This document shows, piece by piece, positions 46,302-55,674 of a stretch of 64,000 nucleotides of DNA. Location: positions 1 to 64,000 of the IMG/VR virus record IMGVR_UViG_3300046512_000087. One strand, given 5' to 3'. Source of the stretch: a virus. The number at the start of each line of letters is the position of its first letter. Within the stretch, counting starts at the first letter, position 1. The translations under genes and the position numbers were made by a program. A model generated the notes under the pieces. The model saw only the letters and a program-made list of their open reading frames with translations, searched no databases and was not told the origin of the DNA.

Positions 46302-48269
46302 TCATGCCAGCAACTCAGCAATCAGCTGGCGCTCGGTAATGTAGCCATGTTCAGTCACTACCCCGAAGCTCACGATCTTGATCCCCTGGCTTAGCTTCCA
46401 TTCCAGCACCTTAGTCACGGCTTCTGTCGGTTTACCCGTCCAGACCACATCCTGTTCTGCCATTACCAGCTGCTCAAGATCTTTGGCGGAGGCCACGGTT
46501 TTGAGTTTGGTTTTCCATGGGGTCAGCACCCTTAGCTTTTTCTTTTGGTCTTCAGTGAGGCTGGACTCCAACATTTCAATCAGGGCTATATCCTTGGACT
46601 TGTCGTGATCCTCCGAGCGGAAGGGAGCAAAGAACTGCTGTTCCTCATGCCCAAGGGCTCTCGACAAGTCCAGGGTCAGGTCGAAGCTCTCATTGAGGGC
46701 CTTCTTCACGTAGTCCACGGCTTCGAGTACCGGCATGAACAGCAGCTCTGGCATCCGCAACAGCACCCCGTTGGTGACCAGCTTGTGTTCACGGGTGATC
46801 TCGTTGCAATTGATTGCAGCCCACATCATGGCCTTGAACTGCTGGATGTACGGGTCGGCACTGCCGTCAATAACGGGTACTTCGTGCATCCATACCCTGC
46901 CGGTGGCTCCATCAATGGAGACGGTGTTGCCCTCGACAAAGAAGCTGATGTCGGCACCGAGCCCAACCACACAAGGCTTGTTCATGCCCCTGGCAACTAC
47001 CGCTGCGTGGGAGGTGGCGCCGCCAGTCATGGTCAGCACACCCTTGGCAGCATTCATTCCCCCAATGTCATCCGGGGTAGTTTCAGCGGTCACCAAGATG
47101 CACGGGGTTTTGCAATTGATTGCAGCTTTCGATGAGGTGACGATCACTCCGCTTACAACACCAGAACAGGCGGGAATTCCCACGTAATCAGCCACGTTCA
47201 GGTAGTTAGGGTCCAGGATCGCCATCTGAGCCGTGTCGAACTGCTTGGCTGTAACCCGCTTCAGCGCCGCCTTGTAGGTCAGGGAGTAATCCTGGCACAG
47301 ATCCAAGGCCAGTCTCACCGCCGCCCTGGCGCTACGCTTGGCATTCCGGGTTTGCAGGATGTAGAGCTGGCCGGACTGTACAGTGAATTCAACATCCTGC
47401 ACGTCCTTGCGCTGCTCTTCCAGCTGGGCCACGGTATGCATCAACTGGTGGTACGCCTGAGGGTTCCAGGCTTCCATTTGCTGCAACGGGTCTGGGGTGC
47501 GGATGCCAGCCACCACGTCCTCGCCTTGAGCCTTGATCAGGTACTCACCCAGGATATACGGCTCGCCGCTGTCAGGGTTACGGGTGAACAGGACACCAGT
47601 GCAGGACTTGTCATCCATGTTGCCGAAGACCATGGCCTGGACTGTCACGGCTGTGCCCCACTCTTCAGGGATGCCATTCAGGTCCCGGTAGATCTTGGCC
47701 CGAGGATTCTGCCAGCTTTCGAACACTGCCTTGATAGAGCCCAGGATCTGTTCCTCGGCATCCGGGAATTCTTCCTCGGCGTGTGCTTCGTACAGGTCCG
47801 ACCGTTTATTCAGGTCCAGGCCTTCGAAGTGTTCACGGGGAATACCGGCCACTACACTGCCGTACATTTCAATCAACCGACAGGCGCTGTCGTTGGTGCA
47901 TTCCTCGCCAATGCGCTTGGACCATTCTTCATAAGTGCCGGTGTCCAGACCCACGTTCAGGATCGTATCCATCATCCCGGGACAACTCACGCGAGCCCCC
48001 GAGCGCACCGACACCAGAGGCATGTAGCCAAAGTGCTTCTGGAGAGCCTTCAGATAAGGCTTGATCTCCTTCCGCACTTTAGTCATGAACTTGTCGGGGT
48101 TTTTGCAGAACTCTGCGTAGTTGGTCGTCGGGATCACGAAGCCAGGAGGAATGGGCAGACCTTCTTGGGTCATCTTCACCAACCCGGCGCCTTTACCCCC
48201 CAGGACCTCTACCGATTCTTCTTCAACGCTGTAGCCTTTGAGACCAAAAGCCTGGATATTTAAAGACAT
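46302..48269 (-). CDS. PPDK-like dikinase (ATP-grasp + phospho-His domains, no pyruvate-binding barrel)
   Basis: LGGKGAGL, PLVSVRSGA..PGMMDTILNVG, QGEDVVAGIRTP, QDVEFT..LQTR, GGATSHAAVVARG. Confidence 0.9.
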   Translation of the reverse strand: MSLNIQAFGLKGYSVEEESVEVLGGKGAGLVKMTQEGLPIPPGFVIPTTNYAEFCKNPDKFMTKVRKEIKPYLKALQKHFGYMPLVSVRSGARVSCPGMMDTILNVGLDTGTYEEWSKRIGEECTNDSACRLIEMYGSVVAGIPREHFEGLDLNKRSDLYEAHAEEEFPDAEEQILGSIKAVFESWQNPRAKIYRDLNGIPEEWGTAVTVQAMVFGNMDDKSCTGVLFTRNPDSGEPYILGEYLIKAQGEDVVAGIRTPDPLQQMEAWNPQAYHQLMHTVAQLEEQRKDVQDVEFTVQSGQLYILQTRNAKRSARAAVRLALDLCQDYSLTYKAALKRVTAKQFDTAQMAILDPNYLNVADYVGIPACSGVVSGVIVTSSKAAINCKTPCILVTAETTPDDIGGMNAAKGVLTMTGGATSHAAVVARGMNKPCVVGLGADISFFVEGNTVSIDGATGRVWMHEVPVIDGSADPYIQQFKAMMWAAINCNEITREHKLVTNGVLLRMPELLFMPVLEAVDYVKKALNESFDLTLDLSRALGHEEQQFFAPFRSEDHDKSKDIALIEMLESSLTEDQKKKLRVLTPWKTKLKTVASAKDLEQLVMAEQDVVWTGKPTEAVTKVLEWKLSQGIKIVSFGVVTEHGYITERQLIAELLA

Positions 48270-48302
48270 TTACCGCACTCCATTGGGTTTTTCCTTACCC
48301 GT

Positions 48303-48330
48303 ATGATCTCATATTTACAGGGTTTGTCAA
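48303..48330 (-). promoter_or_regulatory. sigma70-type promoter
   Basis: TTGACA-N16-GATCAT followed by a CAATGGAGTG leader. Confidence 0.6.
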
Positions 48331-48334
48331 ATGA

Positions 48335-48508
48335 TTAGCCCCAGCGATTGCCCTTATTACGCTTGCGCTCACCTTTGCCTTTCTTGACTCGGATTCCCAG
48401 GTCAATACTCAGAGGTGGAGGCGCCTCGATTTCGAGAGTGGCGATAGAGCCGTACAGCATGCAAAACAAGGCAACCCGTTCAGCTCCCAGAATCCGTATT
48501 CTGCTCAT
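48335..48508 (-). CDS. small basic hypothetical protein
   Basis: 57-aa ORF with ATGA overlap to the ligase stop. Confidence 0.45.
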   Translation of the reverse strand: MSRIRILGAERVALFCMLYGSIATLEIEAPPPLSIDLGIRVKKGKGERKRNKGNRWG

Positions 48509-49467
48509 TCGTCCACCAGATCGTAGTCGTCACGGATGCAAACCCAGGTCGGGAACCGAGGCTTGGTTTTGATCCCTTTGGGGAAGAACTTGAACTTGAT
48601 GACCTTCTCGACAATCTTGCCGGGGTTCTGCCAGAAGTCCAGGGCTTCCTTCTCGGTCATGTTACCCGGAGACACCGTGATCTTGTCCCCTTTCTTCAGC
48701 AACAGTTTCTTCGAGTGGGCGTCGAACACGTCTTCCATCAGGGTGCAGAGCATGTTGCCAAGCATGCCATTCGGGATCATGTTCTCCTGGTGGCTGGTGC
48801 GAAAGGTCTTGCCCAGCTCATTCTTCTGAGCCACGTTCCCGTTCTTATTGCCTTCGGTGATTTCGTTCACCATGGCGTTGGCTTCCATGAAACCCTTGAT
48901 GCGCAGGTAGCCACCTTCTCGCACGGTGCTACGGCCTTCCTTGTGTGGCAGGTCGAGTGCTCGCATGATCGAGCCCTCGTAGCCTTCAGAGAGCCACAGG
49001 TCATCCATTGCCAGCACTTCTTCCTTGGTCTTGGCGATGATCCAGGGAACGAGGCGCAGGTTGTCTGCAAGACCTTTATCTTTCAGCTCGTTGTAGCGGA
49101 TGTCTCGCAGGGCCAAGCGGTCGATATAGGGCAGGCTCCGGGATTCAGGAGTCAGGTAGTCGAACAGCCACCAGTCCAGGGCGTTCGTCTTGTCCTTGCT
49201 ACTGGTCACCGAGGTTGTGCCTCGGCACAAGTCCGGGTGGGTGGACATACCCTTGAGAGCCAGCTCACCATCGAAGCCGTTGTACTCAAAGCGGTCAAAG
49301 CAACGGTTCACGAAGACGTTGGGGAAGCGCTTCAACGACCGGCCTGTCAATGGCCCGTCCAGAGCCAGGGCCCGCACGCCGTCAATCTTCGGCATCAAAA
49401 TTACGGGGAATTTCTGTTTATCCAGGTCAGCGTCACAGGCGAGATACGGCTTCGTCATGGTTTGCAC
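48505..49467 (-). CDS. ATP-dependent DNA ligase
   Basis: PKIDGVR (KxDG), FDGEL, LFDY, GYEGSIMR and PRFP motifs. Confidence 0.93.
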   Translation of the reverse strand: MQTMTKPYLACDADLDKQKFPVILMPKIDGVRALALDGPLTGRSLKRFPNVFVNRCFDRFEYNGFDGELALKGMSTHPDLCRGTTSVTSSKDKTNALDWWLFDYLTPESRSLPYIDRLALRDIRYNELKDKGLADNLRLVPWIIAKTKEEVLAMDDLWLSEGYEGSIMRALDLPHKEGRSTVREGGYLRIKGFMEANAMVNEITEGNKNGNVAQKNELGKTFRTSHQENMIPNGMLGNMLCTLMEDVFDAHSKKLLLKKGDKITVSPGNMTEKEALDFWQNPGKIVEKVIKFKFFPKGIKTKPRFPTWVCIRDDYDLVDE

Positions 49468-49672
49468 TCAATTGCAAAGTTAGGAGTTGTACCAGCAGGG
49501 CAGCGAGAAATACTCGGTACTCCAGCGGGTCTTGGACTGCATGGCGCGGCACAACCACCGCACCTGTTGACTATCACCAACTACCACCCAACGGGGCAGC
49601 CATAAGAACACGATCTTTTGGGACTCGGAATGCTTCATATCTGCCTCCGGGGTGGATTTGGTTTGAAGTTGT

Positions 49673-49700
49673 ATCGTACTTTAGGTACTAGGTTTGTCCA
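49673..49700 (-). promoter_or_regulatory. sigma70-type promoter
   Basis: TGGACA-N16-TACGAT; 14-bp motif just upstream. Confidence 0.6.
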
Positions 49701-50016
49701 ATGATTTTGCAATTGATTGCACGCGAGCATCCCGCAGGCGTACACGGCGCTTCAGGGTCTGAAGGCTGTAATACACCATCTTCTCTGCGTCGTATACGCC
49801 GTCCTTGTCCATGCCCGGCTTGAACAAGTCCTGCTCCCTGGCAGCGCAAGAACGCCAGATAGCCTTGAACTGGTTGCCCTCGGCAAACGTCATGTTCAAA
49901 GCGTTGATGATGTCCTCACACTCACAGGTGTAGGGCTCTGGCAAGTTGGCAGGCTCGGGCACAAACAGCTTGTAGTACCCAACTGACCCACCAGTAGCCT
50001 TCTGTTCTTCACTCAC
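49681..50016 (-). CDS. DUF3310-like protein (T7 gp1.7 nucleotide-kinase-related)
   Basis: YY....ECEDIINALNMTFAEGN.FKAIWR...D.EK..YY pattern. Confidence 0.6.
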   Translation of the reverse strand: MSEEQKATGGSVGYYKLFVPEPANLPEPYTCECEDIINALNMTFAEGNQFKAIWRSCAAREQDLFKPGMDKDGVYDAEKMVYYSLQTLKRRVRLRDARVQSIAKSLDKPST

Positions 50017-50200
50017 GTTTCATACCCTCCAGGATCTTCTGGGCTTTCGGACCCGGGAATCGGCGCCATTTGATGTGTGGGTAGTCAGCTGCCACTTGCC
50101 TGAACGTGTGCCAGCTGCACCCAAACTCTTTGAAGGCTGAGGTCCTACTATGCCCCTTTGCGGCCAGGGCCATCAGAACAGCCTCCACTGACTCAGACAT
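50009..50200 (-). CDS. small hypothetical protein, possible HTH
   Basis: Packed ORF. Confidence 0.5.
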   Translation of the reverse strand: MSESVEAVLMALAAKGHSRTSAFKEFGCSWHTFRQVAADYPHIKWRRFPGPKAQKILEGMKRE

Positions 50201-51134
50201 TCTCTCGGGCCATCCGGCGTTTATGCTCTGTCATCAGAGCCCGGTAAGTATCAGGTGGCAACATGTCCTTGGCTACAGTTTTGAGCAACGTGCCGTAGGC
50301 GAAGTCTTCTTCCTTGTGTATAGCAATGTTCACCAGTTTCAAATACACCCGGACTTTCGCCAGCTCCTTGCGGGCCTTCGACTTGGCCGACAGCCAGTAA
50401 TTCTTCCGGGACTTTTCCAGCATCATCCGGGCTTCAGCATCCATGTACCGGCCAGCAGCGTCAGCCTCCCGCAACTGGAGGATCACCTTCTGCTCAATCA
50501 ATGGCAGGCGGGACACCGCCGCGTAGTCGATGATTGGCGGGTCCTCGGCAAACACCATCGGAGTGAAAGGGATCTCTTCACGCGGTATCAACACGGCTGG
50601 TTTCTCCACCACCGGCAACTCCACTGGAGCCTCCAGAAACTTAGGCGGTGATTGCACTACCGTAAGCTCTGGCATGTCATGGGAGCGGGAGACATTGCAG
50701 GGCTGGCAGGCCAGGGTCATGTTGTTCCTACCATCCAGTCCTCCCCTGGCAAGGGGGATGATGTGCTCCAGTGTCGAGGTGTTGATAGTCACCTCACAGT
50801 TGCACCACCGACAGGTATTTACACCCTTGTCCAACAGGGCCTGCCGGTGGCCTCTGCTCTCTTTGCTCCGGCGCCGAGCACGGTCCATCTTCGGAACAAT
50901 AGCTGGAGCCCGGTTAGCCATCTCCACGGCCTCCAGGGGCGACACGTCATGCTTGCCTCTCACCGTGCCTGCAACATAGGCCGTGCGTTTGCTGCTGAAC
51001 GGGTAGTAGTTGACCAGCAGCTGGCCTTTGATTTGGAAGTGGCCTGGGGCGGGTTCCGAAAAGTCCAGTTCTCTATCTTTGCACAGCTGATACAACGTAG
51101 CGTACATCGCGTTCTGGGCCGTCCGTGTGCTCAT
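50193..51134 (-). CDS. HNH endonuclease-domain protein
   Basis: CRWC...TLEHIIPLARGGLD..NNMTLACQPCN. Confidence 0.85.
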   Translation of the reverse strand: MSTRTAQNAMYATLYQLCKDRELDFSEPAPGHFQIKGQLLVNYYPFSSKRTAYVAGTVRGKHDVSPLEAVEMANRAPAIVPKMDRARRRSKESRGHRQALLDKGVNTCRWCNCEVTINTSTLEHIIPLARGGLDGRNNMTLACQPCNVSRSHDMPELTVVQSPPKFLEAPVELPVVEKPAVLIPREEIPFTPMVFAEDPPIIDYAAVSRLPLIEQKVILQLREADAAGRYMDAEARMMLEKSRKNYWLSAKSKARKELAKVRVYLKLVNIAIHKEEDFAYGTLLKTVAKDMLPPDTYRALMTEHKRRMARENV

Positions 51135-51943
51135 GCCTGCTTCTCCAGCTCAGCCTTGTACAGGGCTTCTACGTGGGCGATGTGTTCCTGGGTCTGAGCC
51201 ACACCGGCAGCGTTACAGGCCAGGAACATCTTCAGGCAATCAGCCCGGCTGGCATTCTCCGGCAGAGTGCAAACGGCTACAGCCCTGTCCTCGAAGTTGT
51301 GGCGGTCCATATAGGACAGCTGATACCAGAACTTGCCGCGCCAGGACCAACGCCCCTCCATGAAGTCCAGGATGGCGTTGATGCGCTGCTTACCGTCGAT
51401 GATTTCAGTACGGTTTTCAGGCCACTTGTGGTGTTTGAAGATGAAACTGCCAATCGGGTAACCAGCAGCGATGTTATCCATCAAGGCCACCCGGTCTTCT
51501 TCAGTCCAGACATAGCCACGCTGGTAGTCGGGATTGTCGATGTAGCCCCAGCGCTGGATGCTGCTCAAGGCGCTACCAACGTGCTGGTTGGAGAACGGCC
51601 ACATCCAGCTACGGCCAATCATGGTGGTGTCTTCCCTGGTATCCAGCGGGATCACATCAGTCCAAGGCCACGCCCCGTACTTGATTCCGTCGTCAAATGG
51701 TCTCCCGTACTTCTCACCTTTGTCCAAGCACTTGATCACAATCACCTTGCCATCGTGGGCAGTGGCCACTACTTCAGGCTCCACCAGATTACCAACTTCC
51801 ACTTTCATGCCCGGCCACAGAGTCCAGGTGGGCTCTGATAACGATGCTGGGTCTGTAAGGCGGGTGCTTTCAAAGTTACTGAGGCAGAGCTTGATCCACT
51901 CTTCTTCAGTTTCTGGGAGTTTCACTACTGCTTTCTTCGCCAT
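51131..51943 (-). CDS. DUF262 (ParB/Srx-fold) domain protein
   Basis: PDYQRGYVW, GYPIGSFIF, EIIDGKQR and F...N.AG motifs. Confidence 0.85.
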   Translation of the reverse strand: MAKKAVVKLPETEEEWIKLCLSNFESTRLTDPASLSEPTWTLWPGMKVEVGNLVEPEVVATAHDGKVIVIKCLDKGEKYGRPFDDGIKYGAWPWTDVIPLDTREDTTMIGRSWMWPFSNQHVGSALSSIQRWGYIDNPDYQRGYVWTEEDRVALMDNIAAGYPIGSFIFKHHKWPENRTEIIDGKQRINAILDFMEGRWSWRGKFWYQLSYMDRHNFEDRAVAVCTLPENASRADCLKMFLACNAAGVAQTQEHIAHVEALYKAELEKQA

Positions 51944-52066
51944 TATTCTTCTTCCTGGTCAGGGTAATCGGGATCACGCGGGTCTGGGTGTTGGGCCATC
52001 TCCCGCTCTTGCCTACGTTGCCACAGTACCTGCTGGCGCAACTCATCTTCGTCTTCAGAGTACATC

Positions 52067-52645
52067 TCAGCCCCCTAAGATTTCTTTCTTCAACCTCGCA
52101 GCCATATTACGGTGATAGAACCGTGTTGCCGCGAGGACATTGAGGGATTCTAGGTCCCCAGGCATCTCCGCCATGCCGTTGATGGATACCTCGGACATTT
52201 TCAGGTCATGCCGGGTTTTCTCCAGCGCATTCTTATCCAAGGAGTCAGGGTACTCTGCCAGAGCAAGCAGGATGAAGTCTGCAAGCTGCATGGGAGTAGC
52301 CTGCCCACCGAACTCTTTCTCTGCGTCTACCAAGATACTGGCCAACCGTTTTCTGGTCGGGATCATTGATACGTTCTCCAGCATCTTGCCCAGGTAGGTG
52401 TCCAGGGCCTGAATGTTTATGACCTTCTTTACGTAGTCAGGTGGGGTTTGGTCCATGTCCTTCAGGGATGGCAACTGCATTCCGACTTTGTAATGCTGGA
52501 GAGGCAACCCAAAGGCCGGTGGCACCTCCACATCGACAATCAGGGACGTAGCCATCTGGCCCGGTAGTTTCAGGGCCAGGGGTGTCATCTTACTTCCCGG
52601 AGGCAACTTCACGTTCAATCTCCACCAGTTGGATATCCAAGACAC
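52067..52645 (-). CDS. hypothetical protein
   Basis: ORF track; true start may be near 52588. Confidence 0.55.
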   Translation of the reverse strand: MSWISNWWRLNVKLPPGSKMTPLALKLPGQMATSLIVDVEVPPAFGLPLQHYKVGMQLPSLKDMDQTPPDYVKKVINIQALDTYLGKMLENVSMIPTRKRLASILVDAEKEFGGQATPMQLADFILLALAEYPDSLDKNALEKTRHDLKMSEVSINGMAEMPGDLESLNVLAATRFYHRNMAARLKKEILGG

Positions 52646-52880
52646 AGTGCAGCACCAGACCTTGCTTGCCAGCTTCTTTCACAGCGGCGATTTCAGCAAC
52701 GGTACGGGACAGCGTGTGTTCTTCATGCAGGAATTTCAGGATCATCCCAGTGCCACCCCTACGGACTGACAACTCTACGCGGGTGACTACCTTGGGTGGG
52801 AGGTCCAGGACTGGGCGCTTGTTTGCCAGCTTGGATTTGTGACGGTTCAGGGCTCTGCGAATATCGGCTTCCAGACTCAT
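52590..52880 (-). CDS. hypothetical protein
   Basis: AAGGAG RBS; promoter upstream. Confidence 0.65.
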   Translation of the reverse strand: MSLEADIRRALNRHKSKLANKRPVLDLPPKVVTRVELSVRRGGTGMILKFLHEEHTLSRTVAEIAAVKEAGKQGLVLHCVLDIQLVEIEREVASGK

Positions 52881-52911
52881 TATCTACTCCTTAGATTTTG
52901 TCTATACCGGT

Positions 52912-52939
52912 ATCTTACCTTATGCCTAGGGTTTGTCCA
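52912..52939 (-). promoter_or_regulatory. sigma70-type promoter
   Basis: TGGACA-N16-TAAGAT; motif variant at 52946. Confidence 0.65.
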
Positions 52940-52971
52940 ATGTTTTGCAATTGAGTGCAAACCCTCACAGG

Positions 52972-53241
52972 CTATTTCACCAACAGACTGGCGATCTTCA
53001 CGGGCACACCACGATAGGTGACACCGTGCTCCAGGATGAACCGCACCAGACTCATGTCGCTGACGCGCATCAACGCTACTGGCAGTTGACCACAAGCTTT
53101 CATTTCCCGCGCCATCTGGGCCAGTTCAGGCTCGGAAACAGTGTGGCTTTCCAGGCGCTTGCCAGTCTCTTTGAAGCAGGCAGCCTGGGCCTGATCGAAG
53201 CTGTACAGCAGCGGGGTCTTTTGCTGGGTGATAGGGTTCAT
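52972..53241 (-). CDS. hypothetical protein
   Basis: AAGGA RBS; ATGA overlap. Confidence 0.55.
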   Translation of the reverse strand: MNPITQQKTPLLYSFDQAQAACFKETGKRLESHTVSEPELAQMAREMKACGQLPVALMRVSDMSLVRFILEHGVTYRGVPVKIASLLVK

Positions 53242-53510
53242 TCTGCATCCTTAATCTGCTGGGGAGTGGTGCCGCCAAAGACAGCAGGTTCACCGTCTTC
53301 TACGTGCCATGGGATGTCATGCTCAGAATGGTCTGGGCACAACTTGATGTTCTGGCTGCCAATATGCACCAGATCCGTGTTACCGCAAATCGGGCAGACT
53401 TTACTGGTCGGCATGTGAGTTCCGTTTCTTGCAATTGATTGCACGCTCTTGCTCGACCCGTTCCCGGAATTCTGCAAGGGCAGCTCGTTGTTCTGGGGTG
53501 GCCAGTTCAT
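53238..53510 (-). CDS. small Zn-ribbon protein
   Basis: CPIC...CPDH; start uncertain. Confidence 0.5.
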   Translation of the reverse strand: MNWPPQNNELPLQNSGNGSSKSVQSIARNGTHMPTSKVCPICGNTDLVHIGSQNIKLCPDHSEHDIPWHVEDGEPAVFGGTTPQQIKDAE

Positions 53511-53812
53511 AGGCCCGGCGCTGGCGGGGAGCCAGTCGTCTTTCTTTTCTGTTTTCCATGGGATTCACTCCGTTGTATATCCAAATTATCTCTCATTTCA
53601 GCGAGCATTGCCAGGTCTGGAGTACGGCTTCAGCTTGTTGACTTCAGCAAAAGCCTTCGCATTCCTGAGTTTCTGGTAGGCCAGAGCCCGGCGCAATTGA
53701 CGCTTGGACAAATGGCTCCAAAGTGCATGGACGACCAGTAGGCCAATAAGGATCACAGCTTTATCAAAATCGTCCACTTCACTCTCCTTCCATTGGAGGT
53801 ATTTAAGTCTTT

Positions 53813-53840
53813 ATCGTACCTGTAGACTGCTAAAAGTCAA
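53813..53840 (-). promoter_or_regulatory. sigma70-type promoter
   Basis: TTGACT-N16-TACGAT; 14-bp motif at 53849. Confidence 0.6.
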
Positions 53841-53985
53841 AAGGCCCGTGCAATTGATTGCAAAGGCCTTCTATTTCACCTTGACCCAGCGGATGGAGCA
53901 GTACAGCAGTTCTCCCTGGCTACGGGTCTTTGGAGTCGTCAGCTTCTGCCGCACTGACTTCACTGTCCTCCAGGTTTCAGCTCCG

Positions 53986-54468
53986 TTACTCTTGCACAGG
54001 ACTTGCAGACTCAGAGCCATGACTGAACGCCTTCTGTTGTGCTTTGCCGCCAAACAACATATTGGGAGACTTGTCGTAATACAACTCCCCGGTTTTGCGG
54101 AAATATTTGTCGAAGTGTTTTCCGTCCTGCACTACCAGACCGAAAGTCATCATCCTTGACAGGACAGCGCCGACTGTACGTTCATGCTTGCGGGCAATAG
54201 TCTCAGCGTCATCCCCGCTGTTGAAGCATTCCACCAGGAATTCATTCTCGTCTCCCGCCCAAATTACCCCAGAGCGGGCGGGTGCCCCTGGCTTTGGCTT
54301 GCTGTACTTGGGGTGGACCTTTAATTCCGTCGTGGACTTCAGCTCTTTAGCAACCTTCTCTTCGAAGTCTTTGCCCTGTACTACTTTCTTGGCAAACTTC
54401 CTCACCATCTCAACCTCCGATTGGCTGCCAGCCCGCACCGATGTGGACTTCAACGCCTTCGATCTCAC
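53986..54468 (-). CDS. hypothetical protein with helical DNA-binding-like motif
   Basis: W..DE...L..F..G.....IARKHERTVGAV.SR. Confidence 0.6.
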   Translation of the reverse strand: MRSKALKSTSVRAGSQSEVEMVRKFAKKVVQGKDFEEKVAKELKSTTELKVHPKYSKPKPGAPARSGVIWAGDENEFLVECFNSGDDAETIARKHERTVGAVLSRMMTFGLVVQDGKHFDKYFRKTGELYYDKSPNMLFGGKAQQKAFSHGSESASPVQE

Positions 54469-54856
54469 TCAGGTGGTCATCCTTGACGATCAACCGGCGC
54501 TCACCCACGCACTCGTTATGTGGCCTGATGTTGCCTATGGCACAGAACAAGTAGTAGTCGAACTCATAGCAGCGCCCGTCGATACAGACGATGTACATAC
54601 GGTCCTTGAGCTTGCCCCCTCCCAGGCGATAGAGCTTGATGTCACGGGGCTCTAGGGTTGGGTATAGGCCCTGAGCCTTGTAGCCCGCTGTGCAGCGTTT
54701 GCAGGGCTGGGCACCCAGTTCCTCGGGCCCTTGTACCGAGTGGGTAGCATCGAATGCATTGGTGCCACACAGGGCCTCACCGTTACGGAGGATGTGAGCT
54801 ACCCGGCTTTGGTCGCCCCATTTGTTCTTGGCACAGAACCACCATACCCCGTTCAC
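54410..54856 (-). CDS. hypothetical protein
   Basis: H...C...CKRC metal-binding pattern. Confidence 0.55.
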   Translation of the reverse strand: MNGVWWFCAKNKWGDQSRVAHILRNGEALCGTNAFDATHSVQGPEELGAQPCKRCTAGYKAQGLYPTLEPRDIKLYRLGGGKLKDRMYIVCIDGRCYEFDYYLFCAIGNIRPHNECVGERRLIVKDDHLSEIEGVEVHIGAGWQPIGG

Positions 54857-55104
54857 TCTCCGGGTCTCCGGTGGGCCATGGATTTTGCCAGATCTTCCAG
54901 CCTCTGTTCTTCCTTCCAGAGCCGTTCCTCTTGGGCAGTGAGAACTTTCACCTTCAATTGCCCTGGCTGAGACAGGTGACCAAAGAACGGGTGATCAGGG
55001 TGACAGCCCCCAGCCCAAGAGCGCACGGCTACACGCACGTAGTCTTCGGCGTTCTTTTTAGTCATGCCATTTAGGTCAGGGATTTCAACAAGGAATACAG
55101 CCAT
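54853..55104 (-). CDS. hypothetical early protein
   Basis: Promoter and CAATGGAGTG leader. Confidence 0.65.
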   Translation of the reverse strand: MAVFLVEIPDLNGMTKKNAEDYVRVAVRSWAGGCHPDHPFFGHLSQPGQLKVKVLTAQEERLWKEEQRLEDLAKSMAHRRPGE

Positions 55105-55137
55105 TTCACACTCCATTGGGTTTTGATGCCTTTGGTT

Positions 55138-55165
55138 ATCTTACCTTAGGCATCTGGTTTGTCAA
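55138..55165 (-). promoter_or_regulatory. sigma70-type promoter
   Basis: TTGACA-N16-TAAGAT; 14-bp motif at 55170. Confidence 0.75.
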
Positions 55166-55341
55166 ACCTTGCAATTGATTGCAGGATTATTTCACCGGCT
55201 CCAGCGACTTGTCTTTCACCATGGTCAGCGGTGGGCTTCCCGCGTCTTTCTCCAACATGACGATGAAGAACACTGATACAACGAGGACAAACACCAAGGC
55301 AAACAAGACCCGGATCTTCAACGGTATTACTCGACGAGATT

Positions 55342-55641
55342 TCATGTGGCTTCCTTAAAGACCTTGGTCGTGGTCTGTAGCTGTGCGAATAACCGGCACG
55401 CTGCCTTCCTGGCCAGTAGCTGTGCGCCTGGAGAATGATGGAACCGGTACAGAGTACCCGGCAACTGAACGACGTAGGGCGGGGCTGACAAGGGCTCTAC
55501 CAACATCAGGCCCCGCTCTTTATCACTTTCGTAACCGTAACACCCTGAGACCATCAACTCCAAGTCTAGTGCCTGCTCCACATGTAATATCTGTGGCTCA
55601 GTTAACTTTTCCAACTTTATTTCAACTTCTGGACAACCCAT
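55342..55641 (-). CDS. hypothetical early protein
   Basis: Promoter and CAATGGAGTG leader. Confidence 0.6.
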   Translation of the reverse strand: MGCPEVEIKLEKLTEPQILHVEQALDLELMVSGCYGYESDKERGLMLVEPLSAPPYVVQLPGTLYRFHHSPGAQLLARKAACRLFAQLQTTTKVFKEAT

Positions 55642-55674
55642 AACATGCACTCCATTGTTGGGTTAGTTCCCGTT

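Noticed and set aside
46302-48269. Calling the gene a functional ppdK auxiliary metabolic gene
   Set aside because: The PEP/pyruvate-binding barrel motifs are absent, so the gene symbol was withheld.
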